Assembly (NCBI GenBank): GCA_951406725.2
Contig: OX597821.1
Span: 39,928,001 to 39,992,000 of the forward strand
Length of the DNA: 64,000 bases
Direction of reading: 5' to 3'
Origin: Octopus vulgaris
Taxonomy: Eukaryota
Of this stretch, positions 13,590 through 26,455 are shown piece by piece; position 1 is the first letter of the stretch; every line of letters begins with the position of its first letter. The notes beneath the pieces are model-generated. The model saw nothing but the letters and a program-made list of their open reading frames with translations, did not search any database and was not told where the DNA came from. The position numbers were made by a program, and so were the translations under genes.

Positions 13590-13840
13590 TGAAGTGCAAA
13601 GTATATTATTCAAGAGAATTTTCAAAGGTATTGCATGGACCAGGAGCATTGGTGATATACAAAAACGATTAATGAAAACTGTCAGCAGTTGCTGATGAAA
13701 CACCTGTGAGAAATCTTGAAGAACACAAGGAAAGACAAGATCAGTAACACTTATTTTCAAGAGAAACCAAACTCTGTAATAAAGCTGAGATTTTAGCATA
13801 AATAAGCACCTTTGGCTTGGGCATGTCCAAAGAAAGGAAA
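13590..13840 (+). pseudogene. Degenerate RTE-like LINE RT C-terminal remnant
   Basis: Manual translation gives fragments such as KVYY...MKHL*EILKNTRKDKISNT...WLGHVQR, resembling RTE motifs; several stops and frameshifts. Confidence 0.4.
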
Positions 13841-13895
13841 ATACTTGATTGTAAAGACAAATACGCTGTTCCTATTCGTTTAGTTTTAGGATTAA

Positions 13896-14287
13896 CTAGC
13901 AGTATCGCCCAGCGTTGCTCAGGTTTGTTTCAACCCTTTAGAATTAGAATTTTTGAAAAGTAAAAATTTTGCATTATGTAGCTTGTTATTCTCTTTAAGT
14001 GAATATTTTTCTGGTTGAAATACACCGAAAAATGGCGACACAGCAGTAAAAAAATCGTAAAAAATCGGGATTTTCATAGAAAAAAAAGCACCTTTTGATG
14101 TAAATAATTTTTGGTGCTAACACGGTCTGATTTTAATTTTTTCTTCTAGGGAAGGAAGAGCAAGCCTTCTTCTATCATACTTTCAATTTTGGTCAACTTG
14201 CGCTGCAGGATTTTGGAGGTGATAGTGTTAGTTGAAGGCTACCAAACCTGCCATACACAGACAACTTCAGCTTTATATATAAAGAGA
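13896..14287 (-). mobile_element. Non-autonomous Helitron (family H1)
   Basis: Minus strand 5'-TC...CTAG-3', subterminal hairpin, inserted between A and T with no TSD; reverse-complement match to 46907-47299. Confidence 0.9.
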
Positions 14288-15889
14288 TTGAGGTAACTTC
14301 TATCTTAGATACAGACTTATGACTTAAAGGCATCCAGTACACTCTGCTCTGGGAAGTGGGTGGCATAAGGAAGGACCTCTGATTGTAGAAACCATGCCAA
14401 AGCAGACGAGGAGGAGGAGGAGACTGGACCTTCTGTTTGGTCTTAGCAGCTGGAATCAGAAACCAGCAGAGGAAATAAAATCACTTCAAATAGTACAGCA
14501 TTTCCTATGACTATAGTCAGACTGGCTATTAATCTTGGTAATGGTGGTGATGGTGGTTTCAAATACAGATAGAAATATGGTAGGCTTCAGCACAGGTTCA
14601 TTTTCAAATTATTGGCCAATCAGTAGCTATAGTAGAAAACTCTTGCCGAAGCATTACAAGGAAGAATTAATCTTGGGGCCCCATCATTGTGAATCACATT
14701 GTTATATTTGTTATTTGGTTTCAGTTATTTTTGATTGGCTCCTTATCGGACTTGAATTCAGTTTAACAGGTTTGCAAAACTCCCAGACTTTGGTAGCCAG
14801 ACATCTTATCAGCTCAGTCAAGTACAACACTGTTACTAATTACTTAAAACTGTCAGGGTACAATAATCAAATGATTAATCAATATTGATTTTCATTTCTT
14901 AGAATGTATTTGTGAGATTTATTTCAACAAAGATATTGTGGGATTAATCAGAGACCATCACACAATGGCCAGTCTCTCATCGTACAGTGCATTTGAACAA
15001 CTCAGCTTGCTGCCTTTGTGTTAAAACAAGGCATTTCTTTTGATATGACGAAGAGTTAATATCCAGTTTAATGTTTATAGTATAATTCGACTCAGATTTA
15101 TTCAACACTGCTAATCCACACAATTATAACACCCACTAAGTCTTTGCTCTTGGCTCTTATATGTTTGTAATTCTATAAAATAATGGTAATGTCCTTGGTA
15201 ATAGCAGTAACCTGGAGATAGAGATATGAATAGAAACGGATATTGTGGCTTAAATATTTAGGTTAAGTGTTAGTAAAAACAGTATGATAAATAAAGTTTA
15301 TTTAGATTAATAATATGATGGACATAATGGGAACAGGTGTGTGTGTGTGTATTTATATATATATATGTATATAAACATTTATATATAATAATGATAATGC
15401 AGTAGGATCAGGTAAGTGATTGGGGTGAAATGCAGTTGGTTGGTCCGTAGCATGAGGAAGGCTTGTATAGAAACAACAAATGACTCAATAATTGATCAAT
15501 AAAATATATTGATGAATGCATCAAATACAGTTTGCCCCATACTGAAACTAGAAAGAAAAAATTCTGATGTGTTGTAAAGTGATTTACAACTCTCTCAAAA
15601 GCAACAAATGTTGCTTCTAATGCAACAATAAAAGGAATAGTAGAGGTAGTCAGGTACTACAGCTGTTTCAAAAACACACTGGATGCAACTTACATAATAT
15701 TATAAATGTCTCATTGCTACATGGTGTATGTTTTCATTGGGTACATGTGATTGTTCCAATGCAAGTAGTCTACTTTGATGGAGTATGCCAAAAGAAAAAA
15801 GGCCAGGTTTGCAGAGAGAACAAAGAAAAGGGCAAGTGGAAACTGGAATCAGTATTGAATCAATGGTCATAATCTGTTTGTGGTTCAGG

Positions 15890-16380
15890 TTGATGTGCTA
15901 GAGGCCATTACTGCCTTCACCAAAGGCACCATCAGTCATATAACACGCTGGATTGGTTGAATTACCGAAGTTCTGGTCAGTCTTAGTGATGTTGTTCTCA
16001 TTCGGAAGGTTACCGTGAGCATGATCTGCAACAAACTGATATACTTTTTCTTGGATAGCGTGTGAAATGGACCTGATATTGATATACAGGTTTCTCAGTT
16101 GACTTAGCAATTTAATGATGGTTTCTGGATTGTTGTATATGATGGGGTGTTGTGTATCTGTCCTTAGATGGATCGATAAGTCATTAATCCTATGTATACC
16201 ATCAGCTTTGTTGTGGAGTATGATAACAGAATGGGGAGAGGGATATTCCTATACTTGCTAGACGTAGGAAAGTGCTTCTCTAAAGCAGTAAAAACCAACG
16301 TTAGCAGTGTACTTTGAATATTAAGGGCAAAAGGTGGCTGATGGCAGATTATCTCTCTATAACCATAATGGTATAACACA
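15890..16380 (-). pseudogene. Penelope-like element remnant (post-RT linker to GIY-YIG)
   Basis: ORF 16164-16379 REIICHQPPFALNIQST...LEKHFPTSSKYR...LSYST...VYIGL matches the PLE pattern RNIIWFNPPF...DKHFP...LSYS...YIG. Confidence 0.55.
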
Positions 16381-16477
16381 TATTAACCCCAATAATGAAT
16401 CAGTTAATAGGGACACACCCAGATCCTTGGTTACTAAGGATGTGCCTGGACCCAAAGCCTCAAACCATAAATCCAGA

Positions 16478-16748
16478 ACCTCTTTGTAACACCAAAAATG
16501 AACTGAAAGCATAGATTATGGCAGCATTCACCAACTTAAACAAGGAGACTGTCCATAAGAGTTGTAGGAAATTCCAAAGTCGTCTGGAAGCCATGGTTGA
16601 AGCCAACGGCAATTTTATTGAATGATTTTTCTCTTTGATATTTCAAGATATTTTTATGTAAGTTTAGTACATACAGCTGTTAAAATGAGATGTCAGTGTT
16701 ATTTTCATTTTTGCATAATTTAGATGAGAATTTATTCACCACATCCTG
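16478..16748 (+). mobile_element. Tc1/mariner (maT-like) 3' end with TIR
   Basis: Translation CNTKNELKA*IMAAFTNLNKETVHKSCRKFQSRLEAMVEANGNFIE* (stop 16625); terminus ...ttcaccacatcctg next to (TA)n. Confidence 0.75.
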
Positions 16749-16750
16749 TG

Positions 16751-16818
<68 letters not shown>

Positions 16819-16827
16819 TATATATAT

Positions 16828-17188
16828 TGTTCTATATTTAAAAGATGAGGAATTATGTACATCATTTACATTATATACATTTGACGAGTATTTGTCCTCA
16901 TCTTCTTTATTATTAACACAACGTTTTAGCTGATATACCCTCCAGCCTTCATCAGGTGTCTTGGGGAAAATTTTGAACCTGGCTTCTCATTTCTAAGGTA
17001 TTTTTTGATGTTGTTATTATTATGAAAGTCAATGCCAGGAATTGAACTCGGAATCTTGGGGTTAGTAGCCCATGCTCTTACCCACTACACCATATACCTG
17101 ACGAAAGCTGGAGGGTATATATCAGCTGAAACGTTGTGTTAACAATAAACAAGATGAGGACAAATATCTGTCAAATATAAATAATGTA
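16828..17188 (-). mobile_element. tRNA-headed SINE-like element with a minimal hammerhead ribozyme motif and an inverted partial copy of its 3' part
   Basis: Minus strand A box TGGTGTAGTGG (17082-17092), B box GAGTTCAATTCC (17038-17049), then gacac-CTGATGA-a-ggctg..cagct-AAAAC-GTT-gtgtt. Inverted arms 16867-16957 and 17096-17188; (TA)n on both flanks. Confidence 0.75.
17094..17140 (+). ncRNA. Minimal type I hammerhead ribozyme motif with intact core
   Basis: atac-CTGACGA-a-agctg(gagggtatatat)cagct-GAAAC-GTT-gtgt: 5-bp stem II, palindromic AACGTT stem III, GUU triplet, short stem I. Confidence 0.6.
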
Positions 17189-17210
17189 TATATATATTTA
17201 TATATATATA

Positions 17211-17525
17211 TCATCATCATCATCATCATCATCGTTTAGCATCCGTTTTCCATGCTAGCATGGGTTGAACGGTTCTACTGGGGTCTGTGAAGCCAGAAGG
17301 CTTCATCAGGCCCAGTCAAATCTGGCAGTGTTTCTACGGCTGGATGCCCTTCCTAACGCCAACCACTCCGTGAGTATAGTAGGTGCTTTTTACGTGCCAC
17401 CCGCACAAGTGCCAGACAGAGCTGGCAAAAAGCCACGAACGGATGGTGCTTTTTATGTGCCACCGGCACGAGGGCCAGGCGAGGCTGGCAACGGACACGA
17501 ACGGATGGTGCTTTTTACGTGCCAA
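17211..17525 (-). mobile_element. SINE family B with three internal modules
   Basis: (CAT)n, family core and three GGTGCTTTTTAYGTGCCA modules. Confidence 0.9.
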
Positions 17526-17599
17526 CGTACACACATGCATACATACATACATGCATGTATGTATGTACATCTACAGAATTCATGCATGCATACATGCAT

Positions 17600-17795
17600 G
17601 GATGAATTCTGTAGATGAGATCAGAATAGTACTGGAGAAGTATTTTTCATCAGGGACAAGTGAATTTAGATAGATGGAAGACCAATGTAGAGAATGAAGG
17701 AGAGTATATTTTGGATTAAAAAAGAACATTGTTTATCTTAATTTTGAAAAATAATAGAAGTATAAAAAAACTGCATTATTTATGGGATGACCTAA
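17600..17795 (+). mobile_element. mariner (DD34D-like) 3' end with TIR
   Basis: Translation MNSVDEIRIVLEKYFSSGTSEF..DRWKTNVENEGEYILD*; terminus gcattatttatgggatgacctaa followed by TA. Confidence 0.75.
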
Positions 17796-18419
17796 TATAT
17801 GCACACACACACACACACACATATAATTCAACACATGTTGGCATGGAAAATGGATGTTAAATAATGATGATGATGATGGTAGTGGTGGTTGTTAGTTTAA
17901 AATACCTATATATAATATACTGAGAACTCAAATTCATTAATGTTAATTTTATTTGAAAATTAAATCTAAGGAGCTAATAATTTTTCCTTTTTCAAGAAAT
18001 CCATTAAAGGTTAACTTAGATCTGATGTCATTACCTGGACAATGATATTTATCATTAATAATAATGATAATCTCATCAAAAGTGACACTTCTTCAACAAT
18101 AGCTCTATTAAATATACAAAGTTACTCAGCTGAATGAAATTCTTTGAAATAGAATAATTTCAAAATTAAATATGTTATTTGGAATATAATGAAGGTATTT
18201 TTGACAAACATTTTTCAATAGGTTTTGAATACATTTTCGAATTAATGAATGGATATATTTAACTTGAACCAAAACGTAGACACTTAACAAATATTGCTTA
18301 TGTGTTTGTTTCTTCTGTATTTAATCATTTGAATTCTTCCTCTGAAGAAGGAGCTGGCTTCTAATAAAGATACAAGGTTCTATCATTAGAATGTAGATCA
18401 CGAAAACAATGTCACTTTT

Positions 18420-18645
18420 TAAACCTGAGAAAAGTTTCGCATAATTTTACTGTTCTGCTTACAGATTTTATTTGTAATGTGTGAATTGGTTGATTTCTTT
18501 TTCTGAAAATCTTAGCTTGGGCTCCAGACTGGGAGTTAGGCATTTACTTATAAAACCAAGTAATCCAATTATAATGGGTTTAAATGTAAACTGGTAATCT
18601 GGATGTGGAAGCTGGAGGTTTCGAAGCAGATGCTCATAGTTATCT
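18420..18645 (-). pseudogene. RLE-type non-LTR retrotransposon 3' remnant
   Basis: EDNYEHLLRNLQLPHPDYQFTFKPIIIGLLG overlaps in homology with EDIYGHMLQNFQFLYPD at 43126-43464. Confidence 0.65.
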
Positions 18646-19086
18646 TCATGAGTTGCATGTCCAGACATGCACATATATACTCAATGCTAAACTTATGGAA
18701 ATTTTTATAAATTTTGACAGTATGGATGCCTTTCCTGTCACTAACCTTCCCCTGTTTCCAAGCAAGGTAACATTTTTTTCCAGCCCTTTGAACATGAAGT
18801 GCACAATGGCCGGACATGTTTTCATGGAAGATTGCAAACGAACGCCACTGTTTGCATAACTGGGATGCTTTCTGGTAACTATTAGATGTTGATGTTGGTA
18901 GTGTTGGTGGTGATGGTGGGGGTGTTGGTGGTGGTGGTGGTGATGGTGGTATCAATAGTATTAGGGGTACAGCAACAGTGAATTGGTCTCGTTGTTAAAG
19001 CATCAGATAGATTGACTTACAATGTTTGTTTCAGCTACCTACCTGCACACCGAGTTAAAATCCTGCCATTTAGTGTTTTGGTGGTG

Positions 19087-19126
<40 letters not shown>

Positions 19127-19876
19127 GAGGAGGAGGAGGAGGAGGACTACAGCACTGAATTAGTAGAGGGATTACTAATGTCTGATGTAATGTCTACATT
19201 AGAATGTCTGCTGTAATGTTCGAATCCCACCCAGCTCCACCTTACCTTTCAGGCCATCAGTGATTACAAATTACAAATGTCAGGTGCAAGACTGGAGAAG
19301 TTCTTAGAATACTGAACAAGATAAATTAAGGAAGGTATGGGGGGGGTGTCTTGGATCTTATAGTTCTCGGTTAAAATCCTACATCTCTCTCTCTCTCTCA
19401 CCCTCTCTCTCTCTCTCTCTCTTTATCACACACATACATACACACATATATATATCTAACGTTTCAGAAGGTTTGGAAACAGCTCCCAGCAGTGATGCAA
19501 CATTGCTATCATTCTTTGTAACATTGATAATGACAAAGAGGCAACATCATGGCATCATACACCCCACCCCAACTAATAACTCTTTCTCTCTCGTTCATCA
19601 TAACAACGGCACCCCACTTCCATCAACAATCCTTCCCAAAGAGTTTAAAACAGTTTGCCTATTATATTACACTGCAGCTGTCTGTTATTGTATTCTCTAA
19701 GACTAATTTGTTTTAATTAGTTTTCGCCCAACCTTTTTCCCATCTCACTGTTGCCATCCATTGTCCCCCCATCTTTGTCTACAAAGTCAATCACTGACTG
19801 TCTCAACTGGTTCATTGTATTCAATGCTCAAACAGGCTAGATCTATTGATTTATTACCCAATACCTTCTTCATACG

Positions 19877-19936
<60 letters not shown>

Positions 19937-20110
19937 ACTATGTCTAACTATGTTTGTATATGCATATAGATATACATACATATGCACACATATCTATATA
20001 TATATATACATACACACAGATGCACAGATATACATATATATATATATAAATATATATACATACATTATATATGTGTATATAATATATATATATATATGTA
20101 TGTATGTATG

Positions 20111-20144
<34 letters not shown>

Positions 20145-20727
20145 TATATGCACATACATTTATGTATACATATGTGTGAGTATGTGTTTATGTATGTTCA
20201 TAGTGTATTAATTATACTAAGAAGTGTGTTTCTATAAATATAAATGTTATAATATGTCCTACATTTGTAAAGAACAATTTAAAAGGAAAGCAGTCAACAA
20301 TTTCTTTGAGATGAGATGAACCTTCTATCATTTGCCAATTATGTGAACGTGTTAAGCATTGCATCACAGAGATATTTCGAATTTACCTTTTCAAATTAAG
20401 CATACAAATGTAGTACAAAGCTTTTTGCCTCAATATAGCTGCATGACATACAACATATGAGACTTGATTGCTAATTTATTCTCGCCAGACATGGGGAAAT
20501 TGTGTGTGTGTGTTGTGTGTGTGTATACATGTGTATGGCCACTGATAGGAATTTGATCCATACTTTAATTTCTCATAGTTTCTCTCATACAGCCTCAACT
20601 CTTATGAAATCTATTTTTTGTCTGTGTGGAACTTAGCTAAGTGGAAATCTGGAATAATATGACCTGAAATTTTCCTTTTAAAGAATATAAAGATCTGACA
20701 CACTTTCCTTGCAACTATATATCGGCT

Positions 20728-20935
20728 TCAAATTTTGGCACAAGGCCAGCAATTTAGAGTGGGGGGAAGCAAAGTTGATTAATCACCCTCAGTTCTCAGC
20801 GAGTACTTATTTTGCCAACCCCAAAGGACGAAAGACATAATTGGCCACAACAGAATTTGCACTCAGTATATAAAAGCAAACAAAATGGCACCAAACAACC
20901 TGTCCTGTATGCTAACAATTCTACCAGCTTTGCCA
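20728..20935 (-). mobile_element. SINE family A, tail type 2, diverged
   Basis: aattttggcacaaggccagcaa...gtactta...aaagga...gaatttgcactcag...ctaccagct on the plus strand. Confidence 0.7.
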
Positions 20936-22604
20936 TGTTATTGAAACGGTATATATTACAAGTATACATCAATCCCTTTTATGCTTTCTACTTATGAATG
21001 CATGTATGCATGTGAATACATGAATGTATGCATGTGTGTGTGAGCGACAGTTTGTTTCATCTTCATTTTCGTGTCCCTTTTACCCTGATTTCTTCAATTC
21101 TACAGATTCACCTTTCTGTTATGCCACCATTTCTCATATCCTAATTCTCTTTCATAACAAGCTGTCTGAGGCTCAACATTCTTACACCTGATCTCAACAT
21201 TTCTCTCTGTAAATAACGGGCAATTAATATACAAACTGGGTGCAATTAGAACTCAAATAAGAGAAAATAACGTAAGAGAAAATTAAAGCATTAACTATTA
21301 CCATGGTTTCATATATTCAAACAATTTGTGTTTAATTGTAAGTATTTTGTCCCCAGCAACTTTATGATGAATTACTTCCTGCATAAACTGATTGTCTGTA
21401 ACTTCACAGTTCAACAGCTAAATGGTAAAGCTTGCAAATTCTAAGAGTTAACTTTCTGAGTTTAGGCTCCCAGGTAACCTTAGGTGCACATAATATTTGT
21501 CTTGCTTAGTGTTACATTGGAATGGTCTCAAGTGTTGAACTCTTGAACTGATAGTCCAAGGTTACATCAGGTGAGCCAGACTGCCTCGAAAAATAATCAG
21601 TTTATGAACATAAAAGTAAATTAAATGTTTTTATTCAAAACAAATATAATTCAGGAACTTGTGCTGGTAAACGACTAAATTTATTCCAATATCATATCAG
21701 CCACTCTGAAGGTGAAAAGAAATTCACATTTATACCGTTCATTAAATATTTCTCAATATTCATCTTGAAATTTCAGGTTTATATGTGACAATGTTATTAC
21801 TACACACAGTCACTGAGCAAATATCTATTTGTCATGGTATTTTGTCCTAATCATCAAAATTAAGAAGAAATATCAGGATCCATTCACAACTCTATAAATC
21901 TTCCTACACTTAGTACATTCTCTTTATCTTCCATGTCTAAACAGAGGAAATTCTATAAGTTGTGTGTAGGATCACTTCATATTATATACTCCATCCATAC
22001 CTGCAGCACAGATATTTCCTGTACATATTTATCAATGAGTTTTATATTCAATCTCTTCCTCGTCAAGTCAGTTGTCTTCAGTCTTTATTCAACCTGCTTG
22101 CTGCATACACAACACTCGTTATTACGTTTAGTTCGTTTCTCTCTAATTACAAGTTAACCAACTCATCCCCCACCACCACCACCACCACCATCTCCTCGTT
22201 CCTTTCCATACAATGAACCAGAAGAAAGTATGAATGACTCAACAGTAAACTAATGAGATTGATTCCTGTGTATGTAAATAACACGAGAGCTGAAGAAGTC
22301 ATATTTACCAATTATTAGATAAAAAAAAAAAGCGTTCCTACAGCCGTCTTGTTGAAGGAATCTTAGAACCAGAAAGTCATACAATGTGAAGAAATGAATG
22401 GAGAAACTATTGTCATAATATTCTTTACTCTGCCTGAATAAATATGTGACTCTAGAAATCATATTGAGTTCTCTGATTATGTTGTTGTTGTTGGCACCAC
22501 AGTGTCATAACTGTTATATGTGTGTGCTTGTATGCGTAGAATTATATACATTGTTATATGACTAAATAGATGCATACAGGCAAATCTATTTAACAAACAT
22601 ATAT

Positions 22605-22777
22605 ACTCTTTTATTCTTTTACTTGTTCCAGTCATTTGACAGCAGCCATCCTGGAGCACTGCCTTTAGTCAAACAAATCGACCCCAAGACTTATTCTTGG
22701 TAAGCCTTAGTACTCATTCTATCAGTCTGTATAGCTGAACCACTAAGTTATCAAGCAATTGTGGCTGGACAAACACA

Positions 22778-22818
<41 letters not shown>

Positions 22819-22975
22819 TTGTATATTTATACAATGGGCTTCTTTCAGTTTCCGTCTACCAAATCCACTCTCAAGGCTTTGATCAGCCTGAGGCTATAGT
22901 AGATGACACTTGCCCAAGATGCCATGCAGTGGGACTGAACCCGGAACCATGTGGTTAAGAAGCAAGCTTGCCTCT
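22605..22975 (-). mobile_element. SINE family C (tRNA head + CORE-like ttgggcaagtgtc) with internal (CA)/(TA) microsatellite
   Basis: Matches 45353-45720; minus-strand B box GGTTCAGTCCC. Confidence 0.85.
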
Positions 22976-22998
22976 GTATGTGTGTCTGTGTCTATGTC

Positions 22999-23040
<42 letters not shown>

Positions 23041-23066
23041 ATTCTTAAACAAGAATATTATCGACA

Positions 23067-23116
23067 GTGACTTTGAAGTTTCAGCCCATTAAGCCATCAT
23101 CAGATGATGGCTTAAT
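23067..23116 (-). ncRNA. Hammerhead ribozyme-like motif (family 2) with fold-back junction
   Basis: Minus strand CTGATGA-tggcttaatgggct-GAAAC-ttcaaa-GTC-ac; 13-bp perfect inverted repeat (23088-23100 / 23104-23116). Confidence 0.55.
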
Positions 23117-23827
23117 TTGTACTCTACAAAATTATGGAGTAACCCATCAGAAGAATGAGCAATTGTTTTATGATAACCGAACATAAAAGCAAACATTAAT
23201 GTTGGTGCATCAATGTGTGTGCATCTGTGTATATGTAAATATATATATATGTATGTATGTATGTATGTATATAAGAATCTATGTATGTATATGGTGCTCT
23301 CTCTCACTTCATCCCAGTTACTCCCACCCCCTCTTCTATAAGGTCAGCCACCATTTAGTTCCTCTACACCCAGAATCCTGTCCTGTCCTGGGCCCTGCTT
23401 TTATAATTTAACCTCTCATCTCCCATCATAAAGACTCCATCCTTTCTACTGTGACTCCCTGTTAGTAGAAGATCTTAATGTTGTGAGCTGCTGCTTGACC
23501 ACTTCACTAATGCTGGTGCCACATAAAACCAGCCAGTACATTCTGTAAACTTTTTAGCATGAGGAAAGGCATCCGGCCATGGAAACCACACCGAAACGGT
23601 CAATGGAGCATGATGCAATCCATAGGCTCAGTGAATCCTCTCAAATGCTCAATTGTAAGTCAGCATGGAAAACAAGAAAATGGGCATCTAGACAATTATT
23701 TAACCTCCCACAACATTTCTGGCTTTGTCAACCCATGTTATTATCTTGACTTGCTCTGTTAATATAAGCTGTTCTTGGTATGGTTGCTATATTCCTCAAA
23801 TTTCATACCACTATAGGCAAATCAGAA

Positions 23828-23945
23828 AGTGCATGGCCTAATGGTTAGGGTGTTACACTAGTGGTCACCAGATCATGGGTTCAATTCTCAGACGAGCAAT
23901 GTGTTGTGTTCTTGAGCAAGACATTTCATTTGATGTAGCTCTAAT
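23828..23945 (+). mobile_element. tRNA/CORE-like SINE head
   Basis: tggcctaatggttaggg (A box), gggttcaattctc (B box), tcttgagcaagacattt. Confidence 0.65.
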
Positions 23946-25270
23946 GCTGTATGGGGACCCAGTCATAAAAGTTGACTAAAAGGATTTGCACTCTGGCCTC
24001 TTAAAAACCCTCACTAACAGCAGCTATCAACACAAAACAGGCTCATGGGTTGGAGGGTTGTTGCCTGAGTGATGCAAAGACGTTATCTGCCGGGAGTAAG
24101 AAGTCACCAAGAAATGACTGGTACAGTGAAACACTGTTACAGTACATGGACCATAATACTATAGGTAAATAAACCTCTGATTTTCCAGTGATGGCAACCT
24201 CAAAAGAATTTATAATCTCTCTTGTCTAACAACTAACGGATCCTTTAATCTAAAAAATGGGAACCTACTTTTTATGCTTGTAAAAATAAAAGACAAAAAG
24301 ACCCCCATCCAACTTGATACTCTAATTTCATATGCGTAACCCATTTTGATATATTTAAAATACATTACACCTGACTTACATTTTCAAGTGCCATGAGGTT
24401 ACTGAAAGATTCTGTTAAATGTTAATATATTTCAAATTGTCTCCTATTTACTACTGTAAGAATTTTGCAAATTCATTTCTTGTTAATTCAACATTTGTTA
24501 TTTATTTGTCATTTTTTATTTTTTTCCATAAAAAAACCAACAATTCTCTGTTAATGTATTTCCCCTTATCTACAAATTAGATACCATTTGTATTAATTCT
24601 TCTATCTTAACATGTTCATCAAGTAAATAAATATTGCTTAGAAACTTTAAACATCCCCAACGGATTTTAACGTTTTCTTAATATATAATTTTCTACTTCT
24701 AATTTCTAGTTTTTCTCTTTTTTTTCTTCCTTGTCTTCTTCTAGTCCTATAAAAGAATCGCATAATAATTTAGTAAATGATGGTTGATGTGTTTTGTTCT
24801 TTTTCTTTTTTACATTAGAATGCTATTCACGTGAAACATTAGAGAAAACCCAGGTGTATTTCGCATAATTATTAAATACATTTATATTTAGAATATTAAA
24901 ACTCTCAGTGAAAAATACTAATACAAGAGACTTGAAATGTGGAAACGGATGAAGTTTTTGTTTGTACCTTGAGGTACTGACATCACATGAAGTCATCCTT
25001 AATTTCGTTGATGATTAAACATAACTGTGTTTCAAGACATTCCAGCCATGATTAACCTTTTTTTTCCCCTATATCCAGAGAACCCAGGGCCATATTATCT
25101 AAGATGATTGGCTGCTATTTTGAAAAGATTAGGTGACTCTGTAGCAGCTCCTGGAGAAGCGCATGGGATATTGTTGTATTCTAGTAATTAATGAGTGTAA
25201 AATAATGACATTAATATTCATAACGAAATAAAATGCAACTGATTACAATAGTGTTGATAAGGTTACAGGT

Positions 25271-25285
25271 AATAATAATAATAAT

Positions 25286-25330
<45 letters not shown>

Positions 25331-25415
25331 AATAATAATAATGATAATGATAATAATAATAATAATTATTATTATTATCATTATTATTATTATGATAATT
25401 ATAGTAATAATAATA
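25271..25415. repeat. Compound (AAT)n/(AAC)n/(ATT)n microsatellite
   Basis: Read directly; directly precedes the Dong-like fragment. Confidence 0.95.
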
Positions 25416-26455
25416 AAAAGTGCCAAGACCACTTTCCAGAAAGGGAAACAGAAGACCTCGCATTCAGTGGTGTTGGATGTTGACACAGTCATAAAAGAAC
25501 TCGAGCAGGAAGAAACTTACAAATACCCTGGAATAAATGAGGGCTCTGGCATTCAGTATGTAAGCATGAAAGAGAAGATCAGGAAGGAGTGTTACAGGAG
25601 AGTTTGAGCAGTCCTAAAATGTGAGTTAAATGCATGTAGCAAGGTGTTAGCTATAAATTCCTTAGCAGTTCCAGTTGTTATTTATAGTTTCAATGTGTTG
25701 AACTGGAAATATGAGTGAAATAAGAAAGATTGACAGGAAAATTGGTAAGATGCTGACTTGCAATAAGATGCACCACCCAAAGGCAGATGCAAATCATCTT
25801 TACCTACCCAGAACTCAGGGAGATTGGGGCTTGATCAATTTGAAATTTCTTACAAAGCCACCACAATTGGAATGGAAAAATATCAGGAAACCTCTAATGG
25901 TTTTCAACGATGCTAAAGCTCATTGAAAACCATGAAAGATGTAAGAAGCTTCATTCTGTTATGAAGGAGAGAAAAAAAGTTTCAAGTGAGTTTATGCATA
26001 AAACCCAGGTTAAACAGCATGAGAGAAGTGCAGTAACTTCAGTTGCAAAGAAGGTGGAATCAATAGCAAAGCAAAATGCATTTGAATAATTGGCTGATAG
26101 GTGGGAGCAAAAACCTCTGCATGGCAAATATGTAACCCATAGTAAACAAGCTGATGAAGACCAGAAGCACATCCATCAGTGGCTACGGAGCTCAGGGCTA
26201 AAGGCAGAGAGTGAAGGCTTTATCTTATCTGCTCAAGATCAAAGCTTATTGGCCCAGAACTACCAAGCCAATGTGATTAAAAATAGAGTAGATCCAAAGA
26301 GCTAATACTGCTATGATGAGATTGAAACCTAATCTCTGGGTGTAAGGTTTTAGTACCTGTAGAGTACAAATCAAGACATGACAGAGTTGGCCAATATCCA
26401 TACTGGATAATGTGATGGTATTATAAATTCAAAACTGCCGACAAATGGTACAAGT
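25416..26455 (+). pseudogene. R4/Dong-like non-LTR retrotransposon fragment (late RT/thumb to zinc knuckle and RHD motif)
   Basis: YKYPGINE...LAINSLAVPV..YSF...IDRK...HHPKAD..HLYLPR..G..GLI...KPLHGKY...LKAESEGFILSAQDQ...ISGC..L...EYKSRHDRV; stops and frameshifts. Confidence 0.9.

Noticed and set aside
9060-16748. maT-like 5' and 3' fragments as one 7.7-kb transposon
   Set aside because: No matching left TIR or catalytic middle region identified; probably independent fragments.
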